Source of the DNA: Oceanispirochaeta sp.
GTDB taxonomy: Bacteria > Spirochaetota > Spirochaetia > DSM-2461
Direction of reading: 5' to 3'
Assembly: GCA_963663385.2 (NCBI GenBank)
Contig: CAXXXD010000003.1
Span: 64,001-128,000 of the forward strand
DNA length: 64,000 nt
Shown in pieces: positions 40,369 through 51,403 of the stretch (position 1 is the stretch's first letter; each line of letters opens with the position of its first letter). The notes beneath the pieces were generated by a model. The model saw nothing but the letters and a program-made list of their open reading frames with translations. It searched no databases and had not been told where the DNA came from. The position numbers and the translations under genes were made by a program.

Positions 40369-41721
40369 TCAGGATCGCCCCTTGTTCACGGCGTTTATGG
40401 AAAGATCGAAAACAACCTGATCCGGCACCAGGTTTCGGACGGTCAGATCACCGCCGTGCTTGCGGGCGATCATTCTGGTTATGGAGAGTCCCAGTCCGCT
40501 GCCGCCTCTATCCTGGGTTTTTCTCCAGTAACGGGTAAAAAGATGAGGTAGATCCTCTTTCGCAATCTGTCCCTTGTTTCTGACTTCGATGATATCGCAT
40601 CCGGTTTTCTCATGGCTGAATATGCTAATATCGATAACGAGGCCTGTTCCGTAAAGGATGGCATTCTGGATAAGGTTGCTTATCCCTCTCATCAGAAGGA
40701 TCGGATCCCCCCATATTTCCTTTCTTTCAATATCCGTATAGATCACTATTCCCTTCTCTTCGGCCAGAGGAATAAAACGGTCTAAAAGAGGGGTTATCAG
40801 ATCTCTTTCTGTCTGCAGGAACTGGCAGTTATGGCTGCCCAGGGTATCCTCCAGCTTATATAAAACTGACATATCGTCTATAAGCTGGTTCAGGTAGCCT
40901 AACTCTCTGTAAAAGTGATCAAAACGCTCTTCAGACAGTTTCATGGCTCCCAGTTCCACTGCTTCCAGTTGATTATACAGGCCCGCTATGGGACCTTTCA
41001 GGTCGTGGGTCAGTTCCTGAAGTCTGTGGTTTGCCCGTTCATCCTTTAAAATCAGCTGTCTTTGCAGATTTTCGGCAGCCTTTACTATCTGCTGTGATTC
41101 CCTGATTCTGGCGTCGGGAAACTGTATATCCCTCTTCCCGTCTGCCAGTTGAGAAATCGTATCGGATATTTTTCCGATGTTGACTGTCAGCTTTCTGGAT
41201 CCCAGATAGGCTGCTCCGATTATCAGGGGGAACGTGATGATCAGAACAAGAAGGATAAGATACATGGATTGTTTAATTATCTGAAAAAGGGATGGTTTTT
41301 CGATAAGTTTTTCAGGGGAGGAGAAAACCTCTATATAAGCAGGATCAATACCTTCAATCCCAAGGGAGTGCAATTCCCGGCCCTGACGGGACAACCGTTT
41401 TTCATCCATGCCGGGAGGGATCTCTCCCTTCTCCTGGAGAATATTGTAATCCCAGTCGTAAATCCGGATAAAGGAAACCACGGACAGTATATTGTCCAGA
41501 AAAAAAGTATACTGTTTTTCGGGGATACTCTCAAATGTCCACTCTTCACCGTATCCTCTTAAAGCTATTTGAATTTTGGCTATATCCGATTCTTCCTCTT
41601 TCTCGAGAATGCTGTGCATCAGAAACCGGATAGATATTGTACTGACTCCGGCAAACAGAATAAGATTGAACGTTAATAACAGCATAAAAAACGTGAACAG
41701 TCTGGTAAAGGCATTATGCAT
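40369..41721 (-). CDS. Membrane sensor histidine kinase (HAMP-HisKA-HATPase)
   Basis: Two TM helices, THDLKGP, NLIQNAILY, GSGLGL. Confidence 0.9.
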   Translation of the reverse strand: MHNAFTRLFTFFMLLLTFNLILFAGVSTISIRFLMHSILEKEEESDIAKIQIALRGYGEEWTFESIPEKQYTFFLDNILSVVSFIRIYDWDYNILQEKGEIPPGMDEKRLSRQGRELHSLGIEGIDPAYIEVFSSPEKLIEKPSLFQIIKQSMYLILLVLIITFPLIIGAAYLGSRKLTVNIGKISDTISQLADGKRDIQFPDARIRESQQIVKAAENLQRQLILKDERANHRLQELTHDLKGPIAGLYNQLEAVELGAMKLSEERFDHFYRELGYLNQLIDDMSVLYKLEDTLGSHNCQFLQTERDLITPLLDRFIPLAEEKGIVIYTDIERKEIWGDPILLMRGISNLIQNAILYGTGLVIDISIFSHEKTGCDIIEVRNKGQIAKEDLPHLFTRYWRKTQDRGGSGLGLSITRMIARKHGGDLTVRNLVPDQVVFDLSINAVNKGRS

Positions 41722-42409
41722 CGTGGGTTACTCCGGTAAAACGGAATCCGAATCCCCTGACCGCTTCAATCCATTCGGGACTGTTCAGTTTGTTCCGGAT
41801 ATTTTTTATATGGGAATCGATAGTTTTCAGGCTTTTTTCATCCGAGAGATACCAGAGGGATTTCTGAATCTGTTCCCTGGAGAGTATGGCTCCGTCATGG
41901 GAAATCAGGCTGTTTAAAATCTCCCACTCCGTAGGGGTCAGTTTAACAGGTTCATTATTAAGCTTTACCTTGTGATTGTCCGTATTTATTTCCAGCAGGT
42001 CATTATTCAATTGCCAGACAGGATTTCCGTTGTTCTGGACTGTATCGCAGGAATTCCGTTTCAGAATGCCCTGAACTCTCAGAATCATCTCCTTAAGGGA
42101 AAAAGGCTTCACTATATAGTCCGCCGCTCCCAGTTCCAGCCCGATTATCCGATCGGACTCCTCATTTTTACTGGTAAGAAAGAGGAAGGGAACTGTTCTT
42201 TTTGAGAAAATCTTCCTGGCAAAGATAAATCCGTTTCCATCCGGCAGGGTTACATCTATTATGGCCAGATCGGGCATCTCCTTTTCCAGGGCTGTTTCTG
42301 CATCCTTGATGGTCGGGCAGGATGTGACCTTGTAATCATTGAGTATCAGGTAGTTTTCCACCGCTTCCCGGATGGAGGCAGAGTCTTCAATTAGCAGAAT
42401 CGTATACAT
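41714..42409 (-). CDS. OmpR/PhoB-family response regulator
   Basis: LIEDS, IDVTLPDG, DYIVKPF, LTPTE, IDSHIKNIRNKL, VRGFGFR. Confidence 0.93.
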   Translation of the reverse strand: MYTILLIEDSASIREAVENYLILNDYKVTSCPTIKDAETALEKEMPDLAIIDVTLPDGNGFIFARKIFSKRTVPFLFLTSKNEESDRIIGLELGAADYIVKPFSLKEMILRVQGILKRNSCDTVQNNGNPVWQLNNDLLEINTDNHKVKLNNEPVKLTPTEWEILNSLISHDGAILSREQIQKSLWYLSDEKSLKTIDSHIKNIRNKLNSPEWIEAVRGFGFRFTGVTHDA

Positions 42410-42480
42410 GCCTAGTATTCTCTTCCAGATTCAGTTGATGATCAATCAGTTGGGCTGTTATGTTCCTGTATCGTTCATGT

Positions 42481-42499
42481 TTTTACAAAGATTTTACAA
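42481..42499. promoter_or_regulatory. OmpR-family-type tandem direct repeat upstream of the response regulator
   Basis: TTTTACAA repeated with an 11-bp period (42481, 42492). Confidence 0.45.
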
Positions 42500-42526
42500 T
42501 TAAATACATCTAATGCGACCTGATCG

Positions 42527-42561
42527 AAAAAACCGCCCCGATAATTACATCGGGACGGTTT
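42527..42561 (-). terminator. Rho-independent terminator of the porin-like gene
   Basis: Stem AAACCGCCCCGAT/ATCGGGACGGTTT (one mismatch), T run on the minus strand. Confidence 0.75.
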
Positions 42562-42589
42562 GCTATAGAATTAGATTATACTGTTCAAA

Positions 42590-43741
42590 TTAGAAAGAAG
42601 CTTTTACGTACATATAAACGTTGCCGGCTCTCTCGCCATCGTCATCAGTGAACTTACCGCAGTAACCCCAGTTATCGGATTCAAGGGTATAACCTGCGCC
42701 GTAGGTTACGTTGTCGATATAGAGTTCAGCACCGACTTCGTAGAAAACTACGTCTTCAAAGTCGTCATCACCGGCATCCAGTACAGAACCTACCGCACCG
42801 TTAACAGCTACCATTTCGGAAAGGGCATACTGAGCGTTTACAGCGGCCACTGTTTCTTCGGCAAAATCTCCCCATTCATCGCTGTCGGAATCACTGCTCC
42901 AGACACCGACACCGGCGGTAAGAGCATCATAGGTATAAACTACAGAACCACCGAAGTGAGTAATATATTCAGTTTCAGTATCAGTATCCCAGCTGGCATA
43001 CTCAAAACCGGCACCTACAGTCAGACCTTCCATAGCTGCAACAGCCGCATTGGCACCGAATATGTAGGGGTCGTCTGCATCAGCAGGAACATATTTTGAA
43101 TAGTCCCAGCTCCCTGTTGTAAAATTGTTCAGGTAGTACGCGGAAAGGTCTACCATGTCGGCGAAATTTCCGTAGAAGTTGGCACCAATCGCCTGATCTT
43201 CGTACATTACGAGGTCCAGATTCATGGTTTCGGCAAATCCGAAGCTGGCTTTGGTCATAAGAGTTCCGGGATCCAGTTCTCCGTCTCTGTCGAAGTCACA
43301 ATAGGTCAGGTCATTGTATTCAACAGGATCAAAATCGCTGATTCCGAAAGTAACAGCCAGAGAAACAGGTCCGTTTACACCAAGCGCTCCGGTTACATCC
43401 TGAGTCAAAGTTACTTTGTTCATGTTAACGGGTGTATCAGCAGATCCGTTTTTCTCACCATATACTGCGTCGCCATTCTCATCATAACCTAATACTTCGC
43501 GGTCAGTTACAAAGGGGCCGCTCAAATCTGTTTCAGCTTCAAATTCGGCGCTGACGGAAGTGTATTCTCCCACAGTTGCTCCCAGGTCCAGCACAACATC
43601 GTTAGTATCAATGGCTTCGGCATAATCGTCAGCATTGAACATCCAGTAGTAGTTGACTTCTCCGGAGGCAGTAACTTCAGCAAAAGCAGGTGCCGCCAGA
43701 ACCATAAATGAAGCAAGTAAAACTAAAATTGTCTTTTTCAT
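42590..43741 (-). CDS. Outer-membrane beta-barrel/porin-like protein
   Basis: Signal peptide AFA, alternating aromatic beta strands, C-terminal VYMYVKASF. Confidence 0.72.
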   Translation of the reverse strand: MKKTILVLLASFMVLAAPAFAEVTASGEVNYYWMFNADDYAEAIDTNDVVLDLGATVGEYTSVSAEFEAETDLSGPFVTDREVLGYDENGDAVYGEKNGSADTPVNMNKVTLTQDVTGALGVNGPVSLAVTFGISDFDPVEYNDLTYCDFDRDGELDPGTLMTKASFGFAETMNLDLVMYEDQAIGANFYGNFADMVDLSAYYLNNFTTGSWDYSKYVPADADDPYIFGANAAVAAMEGLTVGAGFEYASWDTDTETEYITHFGGSVVYTYDALTAGVGVWSSDSDSDEWGDFAEETVAAVNAQYALSEMVAVNGAVGSVLDAGDDDFEDVVFYEVGAELYIDNVTYGAGYTLESDNWGYCGKFTDDDGERAGNVYMYVKASF

Positions 43742-43877
43742 ATGGTATCTCCATAGTTTTATTTTTGCAGGGGCATCCCTGCTTTATGGAAATAATAGTA
43801 GGTCGGTCCATAGGATACCGTATGAAGCGAATATAGGAATCTATTTTACGAATATGAAGAGACATTGCAGGATGAGT

Positions 43878-45410
43878 TCAGATCCTCTTCACAGTCCTCT
43901 CCTTCAGTCTTTCCGCCAGTTCGGATTCGGTCTGTTCCAGGAATTCAATAACCGTTTTTTCCACGGTTCGGCCGGTATGGTTCAGAATCTCCGCGGCAAT
44001 ACGGGTTCCGTCCCTGTCTTTTTCCAGGTCCGTTCCCATCTGCTCCAGTTTTAATAGCAGATTCTTTTTAATCAGCATAAGGGTTTTCGGTGCGATCCTA
44101 TCGGTCTGGCTGATTCGCTGCATTAATTCCACCTGTTTCTCCGCAGGGAACATTTCAAAAAGTCTTACGGCGGGAACAGTGTCGAGTCTTGACAGGATCA
44201 GGGCTGATAATTGTAATAAATCATCCTGAAGGATGAGATAGAGATTGGGGATCTGATCTATACCTATAGCATCCAGCCCTGTAAGTTCCTGCGAGACAGG
44301 TTTATTCCCGGGCTGTCCCAGAAGAAGCTGATTATTCAGATAATCCTGGCCGTCCTTCAGCAGATCGATTTTTTGCATGAAAAGGTCATTTGTCCTATCC
44401 AGTTTCGCTGCCAGCCTTGTCAGCTCTTCTGTCAGTTTATCAGGCCGGTCCATTTTCTTTTTCAGTACTGTATCCCGGTTGACTAACCGCTTGAACTGTT
44501 CCGGGATACTCAGTAGAAGGCACCCTTTTGCTTTTTTAAACTTTCCATTCAGAAGGGGCGTTCCTCCCATCCTTATATAGGCATCTCCCGTTTTAAAGGA
44601 TTTAAGGGGCAGAAGGCTTCCTTTTTTCAGCCGGCCCAGAGTTTTCAGATTTACAGGACCGGCTTCATGAACCAGCACTGTGTCCAGATTGAGAGAAAGT
44701 GTCTTTTCTGCCATTTCCGCTGTGCCAGTCTTCTCCAAATTATTATACCAGCGCCGGGAAAGTTTATGCATTATGGGTTCCAGAGTCAGGTAGGGCAGGC
44801 AGAATGTAAGATGTCCTCTGCATTCTCCCATTTCGATATCCAGGGTTACGGTAACAACCATCTCCGAAGGGGGGACAATCTGCATAAAAAGGGGATTCTG
44901 CTCCATTCCTCCCATCTCGGGAGTCATGTCGAAGATACTTTTCCATGACTCCTTCAGGCTCATTATAAGCCGGCAGAACAGCTCCCGAACCAATTCGTAA
45001 CCTATGGCGCTAAGTTCCCTGTTGAAATTCTGTTCGGTACCTTTTCCTCCCAGAAGACGGTCGCAGAAGGCCGTGGTAATCTCCGGACTGAGCTCCATCA
45101 TGGTTGAACAGATAAGAGGTTTATAATTAACAAGGCCCATAATGGTCGGGCTTTCCAGAGAGGAGATAAAATCACCGAAGTTTACCTGGTCTACAGAATT
45201 TAAATGAACTTTTACCTGTTCCCGCATCCGGGCGGACAGCACAACTTCGCCAAGGCGGCTAAAGGTTTCATAAACAACGGCTATTGTCCGAATCTGTTCT
45301 TTCGAGAGTTTATCCGGCCGGCGGAAATCGTAATACGCCAGCCTGCATTCCCTGTCTTTCCGGTTTGTCCGCGGAAGCAGTTCTGAGGTCCTGATTACAG
45401 ACTGTTTCAT
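43878..45410 (-). CDS. FliM-like protein fused to a C-terminal FliG middle-domain region
   Basis: YDFRRPDKLSKEQIRTI, LLGGKG, EQNPLFMQIVPPSEMV, PYLTLEPI (FliM); ALILSRL..AAEILN..VEKTVIEFLE..ELAE (FliG); ATG overlaps the fliN stop. Confidence 0.8.
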   Translation of the reverse strand: MKQSVIRTSELLPRTNRKDRECRLAYYDFRRPDKLSKEQIRTIAVVYETFSRLGEVVLSARMREQVKVHLNSVDQVNFGDFISSLESPTIMGLVNYKPLICSTMMELSPEITTAFCDRLLGGKGTEQNFNRELSAIGYELVRELFCRLIMSLKESWKSIFDMTPEMGGMEQNPLFMQIVPPSEMVVTVTLDIEMGECRGHLTFCLPYLTLEPIMHKLSRRWYNNLEKTGTAEMAEKTLSLNLDTVLVHEAGPVNLKTLGRLKKGSLLPLKSFKTGDAYIRMGGTPLLNGKFKKAKGCLLLSIPEQFKRLVNRDTVLKKKMDRPDKLTEELTRLAAKLDRTNDLFMQKIDLLKDGQDYLNNQLLLGQPGNKPVSQELTGLDAIGIDQIPNLYLILQDDLLQLSALILSRLDTVPAVRLFEMFPAEKQVELMQRISQTDRIAPKTLMLIKKNLLLKLEQMGTDLEKDRDGTRIAAEILNHTGRTVEKTVIEFLEQTESELAERLKERTVKRI

Positions 45411-45652
45411 CACTGCCCCCTTTCATTGTAAATTTCAGTAATTCGCAAGCCGTAGTGTTCGTCAATAATGACGACCTCTCCCCGGGCAACTTTTTCGCCT
45501 GCTGCAATCAGATCTACCGGTTCTCCCGCTATCCTGCTTAGTTCTATAATGCTGCCTTCTCCCATGGAGGACAGATCTTCCAGACTGAGATTGTTGTCAC
45601 CCAATACAACCTGTACGGGAATTTTAACTTCACTGACCTTTCCCAATTTCAT
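45410..45652 (-). CDS. fliN: FliN/SpoA-domain flagellar switch protein
   Basis: VQVVLG..GSIIEL..AGEPVD..ARGEVVIIDEHYGLRITEI. Confidence 0.85.
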   Translation of the reverse strand: MKLGKVSEVKIPVQVVLGDNNLSLEDLSSMGEGSIIELSRIAGEPVDLIAAGEKVARGEVVIIDEHYGLRITEIYNERGQ

Positions 45653-45663
45653 AACAACTCCCT

Positions 45664-45915
45664 TTAACCTTTATGAATTTCCTGCACTTTGAAATAATAC
45701 CTTCCCCATCTGCGGATGATTCGGCCTCTGGCAACAGGCATTCCGTTGGTTTCAAGCAATACATTCTTTCTTCCCTTGCCGGGAAAGGAGAGTTCTCCCG
45801 AAGCAAGGGCTTTATCCAGTTTTTCAGGGCTGAAATGTTTCCGGCTCAGGACCAGATCCGTCCGCACGAAGAGTTTCTCCGCCAGCACAGAATCTTTCAG
45901 AAATGTTTTCAGCAT
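45664..45915 (-). CDS. Small degenerate SpoA/FliN-like protein
   Basis: NG..VARG.I...G.Y.FKVQEI resembles the SpoA C-terminal half; SD AGGAG. Confidence 0.55.
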   Translation of the reverse strand: MLKTFLKDSVLAEKLFVRTDLVLSRKHFSPEKLDKALASGELSFPGKGRKNVLLETNGMPVARGRIIRRWGRYYFKVQEIHKG

Positions 45916-46014
45916 ATCAGGACTCCTTAATGATTATTCGGAAAAGGGTAATATTCCCGGAGCTTGCTCCGTGATAATCCGATTATAATGTCGCAGAAAG
46001 CGACGACTTTGCCG

Positions 46015-46052
46015 AACAAGAATCTCCGTCCCCCGGGACGGAGATTCTTGTT
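46015..46052. repeat. Perfect 18-bp inverted repeat in a divergent intergenic region
   Basis: AACAAGAATCTCCGTCCC-CC-GGGACGGAGATTCTTGTT. Confidence 0.8.
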
Positions 46053-46385
46053 ATCCTACGCCGTATTCGAAAATATAAGAAAAATGGCGGAGGATTGTTC
46101 ATTATTAGACAGTATAAGTCAGAAAACCGGGCGATTCTTATACTATTTTGCAGATAGTTTCTGACAATTCCGGAACCCGGGCCTGTCCGGGGCTATACAT
46201 AAAACCGGGAACATGTTATCTTCACTTCTCATCTCGTTGAATTTCCGGTTAACAACTCATTTCTATAAATCACCTGGACTGGAGCAGATAACTACTGCGG
46301 GCTGATTTGGTAAACCTCACCTGAAACTCAGGATATCCTGGGATAGCGAGGTATGCCTTTATCTACATCATGACAGGAGATAATC

Positions 46386-47666
46386 ATGAATTTTAATAAA
46401 CTGGGCCTTTGCCCGGAGATCCTCGAAGCGGTTGAAGCGAGAGGCTATCAGAATATGACCCCCATCCAGGCTCAGGCCATCCCCGCCATTCTGCAGGGAA
46501 AGGATGTACTGGGAGGTGCACAGACCGGTACGGGCAAAACCGCCGCTTTCGCTCTTCCCATACTGGAAATGCTGGATGCCGCTCCTGTTTCCCGTGGAAG
46601 GCGAAAGCCCAGAGCCCTCATCCTGACTCCCACCAGAGAACTGGCTGATCAGGTGGGCGAGAGCTTCAGGGTATACGGGAAATACCTCTCCCTGCGCAGT
46701 GCCGCCATATACGGCGGGGTCAGTATCAATCCCCAGATTTCCGTTCTTAAAAAAGGTATGGATATTGTTATTGCCACCCCCGGACGGCTTCTGGACCACC
46801 TTGACCAGAAGACCATAAACCTTTCCGAAATCGAGATTCTGGTTCTGGACGAAGCGGACCGAATGCTGGATATGGGATTTATACGCGATATACAGCGTAT
46901 CCTTAAATTCCTGCCTCCGGAGAGGCAGAACCTGATGTTTTCCGCCACCTACGAAAAGGAAATCAGAAAACTGGCGGGCAGTCTGTTAAATGACCCCGTC
47001 TCGGTAGAGGTGGCCAAACGGAATACAGCCGCAGAAATGGTGGAACAGAAGGTTCATCATATAGACAAAACCCAGAAACGCCATCTTCTGGCTCATTTGA
47101 TCAAAACCGGAGGCTGGTATCAGGTCCTGGTTTTTGTCCGGACAAAGCATGGAGCCAACCGCCTGGCCAAACAGCTCTTAAAAGAAAATATTCCCTCAGC
47201 CGCCATTCACGGCGATAAAAGTCAGGGAGCCAGAACCCGGGCGCTCACTCAGTTCAAACAGGGCGATCTTCAGGCTCTGATTGCAACAGATGTGGCTGCC
47301 CGGGGGATACACCTGGAAGAGCTGAGCCATGTTGTAAACTTCGATCTGCCTCAGGTTCCAGAAGACTATGTTCATAGGATAGGACGGACCGGTAGGGCCG
47401 GAAAATCCGGTACGGCTATCTCATTTGTTTCTCCCGACGAGATAAAACAGATACAGAGGATTGAAAAACTGTTGAAAAACCGGATCCCCCTGGAAGATGT
47501 AAAAGGATTCATCCCTGTGGAAGTTGACACCCAGCACCGGAACAGTAACGATTCCCGGAGCAGATATTCCGGATCTTCCGGTGAAGGATTAAACCGGCGG
47601 GATGCAGGTACAGCCGCGGGTAATTATCGGAATCACCGCAGAAAGGGAAGAAAAAAAACAGCCTAA
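46386..47666 (+). CDS. rhlE: DEAD-box RNA helicase, RhlE-like
   Basis: Q motif [38 protein letters not shown]. Confidence 0.9.
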   Translation: MNFNKLGLCPEILEAVEARGYQNMTPIQAQAIPAILQGKDVLGGAQTGTGKTAAFALPILEMLDAAPVSRGRRKPRALILTPTRELADQVGESFRVYGKYLSLRSAAIYGGVSINPQISVLKKGMDIVIATPGRLLDHLDQKTINLSEIEILVLDEADRMLDMGFIRDIQRILKFLPPERQNLMFSATYEKEIRKLAGSLLNDPVSVEVAKRNTAAEMVEQKVHHIDKTQKRHLLAHLIKTGGWYQVLVFVRTKHGANRLAKQLLKENIPSAAIHGDKSQGARTRALTQFKQGDLQALIATDVAARGIHLEELSHVVNFDLPQVPEDYVHRIGRTGRAGKSGTAISFVSPDEIKQIQRIEKLLKNRIPLEDVKGFIPVEVDTQHRNSNDSRSRYSGSSGEGLNRRDAGTAAGNYRNHRRKGRKKTA

Positions 47667-49063
47667 TGGCTGAAGTGGCAGTTTTTGCCCCTGTCTTTTG
47701 CCCTGTAGAGGGCTTCATCTGCCAGAGCGATAACCTTTTCCAGGTTCAGGTTCCCCCTGGGAACACGGGTTGCCATGCCGATTGAGACGGTTTGCTGCAT
47801 CTTCAGCTCCGGTATTTTCATCTCCCTGATCTGTATAAGAATCCTGTCGGCTATACTCCGGGCGGTCTGAAGGTCTGTCTGGGGAAGGAGGATGCAGAAT
47901 TCCTCCCCCCCGTACCGGCAGAGCATATCGGATTTCCGGATGCCCTCCTGGAAGATCCGGGCTGATTCCTTCAGTACTGCATCTCCCGTTTCATGTCCGT
48001 ACTGGTCATTAACCTGCTTAAAATCATCCAGATCCAGCATCATTACTGTAAGCGGCCAGTCATAGCGTCCGGCCTGGTGAACCAGGTGTATGCCATTCTC
48101 ATAAAACCACCGGCGGTTATGGACACCTGTCAGGGGATCGATTGTGGCCATCTTATATATCTGTTCATGCTGCCTTGCATTGTTTATGGCAATGGCTATA
48201 AAATCAGCGAATCCTGCTGCCTGCCGCAGATGGTCTTCCTCAAATCGGCCGGGGCCTGCCAGGTTGCAGGATATAAGCCCCAGAGTCTTCTCTTTCAGTA
48301 TCAGGGGAACTCCAATCCAGGAGCTGATCTCCTGATGAAGGCAGGCGGCCTCCATGTGGGATCTCACCGTTAAATCATGAACAAGCTGAGCTTTCCCTTC
48401 TGTAATGACCCGGCCGTTCGGGGTTTCTGAATCAGCCGAAATAACGGGAGGAGCAATATCTCCCCATCCCCTGGTTCCGATACAGTGAAGGTCATTCCCC
48501 TTCAGCAGCTGAACAGAGGCAAGAGTATAGGGAACAACCTTGCCGACCTGCTCCAGAATAATCTCTACGCTCTGTTTCAAATCCAGTACGGATGTTACCG
48601 CTTTCCCTGCTGCCTGAAGGGTCTCCAGTTCGAGGGTTTTCTTACGGGATTCCCGGAGCGCTTCGGAAAGCTTCTGTTCAGACTCTTTTAACGCTGTAAT
48701 GTCTCGGTCTGATCCCAGAAAAAGAGCCGGATTGCCGAATTTACCACGGGAAAGGAATATCCCGGAATTGTAGATCCATCTATACTCTCCCTTCACAGTT
48801 CTAACCCGGTAGATGACATCGAATTTATCTGTTTCATTGGCTATGATGCTGCTCATGGCATCTTCGGCTTTCTCCCTGTCATCAGGGTGCAGAAGGTTTA
48901 GCCAGTTTCTATCCGCCATATCCTCTTCGGTATAGCCGAAGTTTTTCCAGAGTTCATTGGCGAAGGATTCTCCTGTTTCGTAGTTGTGAAGAAAGATGCC
49001 TAGTTTGGCCAGTACTGTCTGAAACTCCCTGATCGGGATATCTCCTGAAGCTTCTAAGGGCAT
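47663..49063 (-). CDS. Diguanylate cyclase (PAS-GAF-GGDEF)
   Basis: LHPDD PAS, GAF WIGVPL, DPLTG, DLDDFK.VND.YGH..GD, RKSD I-site, RYGGEEF. Confidence 0.93.
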   Translation of the reverse strand: MPLEASGDIPIREFQTVLAKLGIFLHNYETGESFANELWKNFGYTEEDMADRNWLNLLHPDDREKAEDAMSSIIANETDKFDVIYRVRTVKGEYRWIYNSGIFLSRGKFGNPALFLGSDRDITALKESEQKLSEALRESRKKTLELETLQAAGKAVTSVLDLKQSVEIILEQVGKVVPYTLASVQLLKGNDLHCIGTRGWGDIAPPVISADSETPNGRVITEGKAQLVHDLTVRSHMEAACLHQEISSWIGVPLILKEKTLGLISCNLAGPGRFEEDHLRQAAGFADFIAIAINNARQHEQIYKMATIDPLTGVHNRRWFYENGIHLVHQAGRYDWPLTVMMLDLDDFKQVNDQYGHETGDAVLKESARIFQEGIRKSDMLCRYGGEEFCILLPQTDLQTARSIADRILIQIREMKIPELKMQQTVSIGMATRVPRGNLNLEKVIALADEALYRAKDRGKNCHFSH

Positions 49064-49144
49064 GGATCTTCTCCTTATAATAGTTGAATCCTTATTGAAT
49101 AATCATAGTTAATTCCAGCGGTTAAGTAAATCGAGGGGGCGGTA

Positions 49145-51373
49145 TCAGTCGAATTTCCCCGCGATATCCCGGTCTATTACGTACATGCACACCTCTTTCG
49201 CCCCGTTTTCCGTATACTTGTAGCGGCTCATGAGTTTATGGATCAGAAAAGTGACATCCTTACGGATTTTCTTGTCATGGCTTTCAAAGTTTTTTGTCCC
49301 GTACTCTTTAACAGCATTGCGGAAGCTGTCGCTCTCCTTGAAAGGTTCCAGCGCTCCGGACTTCAGGTTGCGACTGTACATTTCCAGCAGATCCCTGTAG
49401 AGAACGGTCTGGCTCAGTTTCTTTTTCTCCACCTGAATCTCGGCAGCAGTAGAAGAAATATACCGTTGCTGGATCTCGTTGCGAAAAATTTTCCTTTTTT
49501 TATCGTCCGGCTTCCCTTCAATCAGAAAATCCTCAATGCTGTGAAGAAAATCCTCGCTCACCTCTACAATCTGATTGGTATAACTGTTCTTTTCCACTGC
49601 GCCGATATCAAAGTTCATACTGAATATGTAGTTCTGAATATCCTTTGATATCCTGTTCCGGTTGTAGAAGTAGAGACACTCCTTAACCTGCTGGAGTATG
49701 GTGTAGTCATAGGAATCCACAAGGGATTCCAGGAATTTCTCCGGGATCCTCTCCTTGATATCCTCATTTTTATTGAAAAAATCAAGGAGCATCTGCATAT
49801 TTATCAATTTTTCGCTTTTGGAATGGTAGAAAAAGAAATCATGGAACAGGCGGATGGACTCCCGTCCTGTGATCCCCTGAAAACCCTCGTTTTCCCCTTC
49901 CGAGAGAATCTTCCGGCGGATGGCTGCTTTAAAAGTCCGCCGGTCCTCATCCTTAATCCACTCCGGGATGATCCCCGCATAGATGTACATCTTAAGCAGC
50001 AGGAGCTGGGGGTCGCAGAACTGGCTGTATTTACTTGTGTCCCCGATCCATTCGTGAAGGGCCGGAGATTCCCGGTTCAGGCGGGAGGCTATAATCACCC
50101 TGGCAAAATCTTCCAGAATCTGGGGAAGGAAACGGTTTTTTATCCTTAATCCAAGAATATTGCAGTAGATCTGCACTTCCGTCTTATAATCCAGAACATA
50201 GGGCATCTTGATATAGATAATACGGTCCTTCAGGGCCTGGTTATCCTCCATAAACTTTTTGTCCTGCGGATTGATCAGACCCAAATAGAGGGTTTTGATA
50301 TTTTCCTCGATGGATTCCACCTTATGAATCCCGTCGCTGACAATGCCGTGAAGATCCAGCAGCCTGTTTTTATTATGCTGTTTTACATCCATTACCACAT
50401 AGATGCCGTTATTGGTCCGGGCATGTTCCGAGTGAATAACCCTTATAAGGTTAGAGTCTCCGAAAAGCTCATCCAGGGCCTGCTGAACCGCAGGATTGGC
50501 CACTGGTTTGTTTAAAATCACATCCCCCGGATTAAAGACGGAAATTCCCTCTCCCAGACGGCGGCTGTAGGGCATCCTGCGGGGATGAATCATATTGATT
50601 ACATCTTTGGGGGAGCCCGTATGATCAATCAGGGCCTTGTAGAGAGAGGTGCATACGGTACAGGGTTCGTCTTTAAAAATCCATTTATACTTTTTTTCTG
50701 TAAAAAGTTTTATTTTAAAATCTTCATCGTCAATCAGATTGTACAGAAACTCTTTTCTCTGCTCTTTCGGTATCTGGAGAATCGGCGGGTCGTGGTTCGG
50801 ACAGTTTAAAACTACCGCATCGTGGGAGAGAAGGGGCCGTATCTGCAAATTATTGTTTTGCTGCATCTCCTTGAGAAAACGCATCTGTTCCGGAAACAGG
50901 GATTTTTCAATCCGCCAGGTCGTATCGTAAATTTCACCTTCATCGGTTTTCATATAGGATTCGAAACGGTCCAGAAAATTCTTTAAAAAAGTGCTCTTGC
51001 CGCTCCCCGGAGGGCCTTCAAATATATAGATTTTGTTCCGGTCCACCACCTGGTCGAAGGAGTTGATAAGAGCCATAAACCGGTTTCCGAAGAGGCGGTC
51101 CGCAAAGTAGGGGGATTCGCTTTCCCTGATAAAAAGGTCTGTAAAATTGTAGGCCATGTAGCTGACGGTTTCCGGGTCATCAGGGAACTCATCCACTCCC
51201 GGAGGAACATAGTAGAGAACCATATCGTGAACCAGCTGAAAAATATCCCGCAGAAGCGTCCTGGGCCGGTCCTTCAGTTTTTCCAGATAGTCGGAAAAGG
51301 ATATTTTAACCAGCTGCTTCTCCCTGCTGAGATTCCGGTACAGTTCATTCAGGTTTTCCTCTACTCCGGCCAT
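49145..51373 (-). CDS. PrkA/YeaG-family AAA+ protein (second paralogue)
   Basis: GPPGSGKST Walker A, ARTNNGIYV, YVLDYKTE; start set at 51373 after GGAGG. Confidence 0.8.
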   Translation of the reverse strand: MAGVEENLNELYRNLSREKQLVKISFSDYLEKLKDRPRTLLRDIFQLVHDMVLYYVPPGVDEFPDDPETVSYMAYNFTDLFIRESESPYFADRLFGNRFMALINSFDQVVDRNKIYIFEGPPGSGKSTFLKNFLDRFESYMKTDEGEIYDTTWRIEKSLFPEQMRFLKEMQQNNNLQIRPLLSHDAVVLNCPNHDPPILQIPKEQRKEFLYNLIDDEDFKIKLFTEKKYKWIFKDEPCTVCTSLYKALIDHTGSPKDVINMIHPRRMPYSRRLGEGISVFNPGDVILNKPVANPAVQQALDELFGDSNLIRVIHSEHARTNNGIYVVMDVKQHNKNRLLDLHGIVSDGIHKVESIEENIKTLYLGLINPQDKKFMEDNQALKDRIIYIKMPYVLDYKTEVQIYCNILGLRIKNRFLPQILEDFARVIIASRLNRESPALHEWIGDTSKYSQFCDPQLLLLKMYIYAGIIPEWIKDEDRRTFKAAIRRKILSEGENEGFQGITGRESIRLFHDFFFYHSKSEKLINMQMLLDFFNKNEDIKERIPEKFLESLVDSYDYTILQQVKECLYFYNRNRISKDIQNYIFSMNFDIGAVEKNSYTNQIVEVSEDFLHSIEDFLIEGKPDDKKRKIFRNEIQQRYISSTAAEIQVEKKKLSQTVLYRDLLEMYSRNLKSGALEPFKESDSFRNAVKEYGTKNFESHDKKIRKDVTFLIHKLMSRYKYTENGAKEVCMYVIDRDIAGKFD

Positions 51374-51403
51374 TTTGACCTCCCTCACTCCTTAATCGTC
51401 CTC

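Noticed and set aside
46200..46385. Riboswitch in the rhlE leader
   Set aside because: Long leader, but no recognisable aptamer consensus
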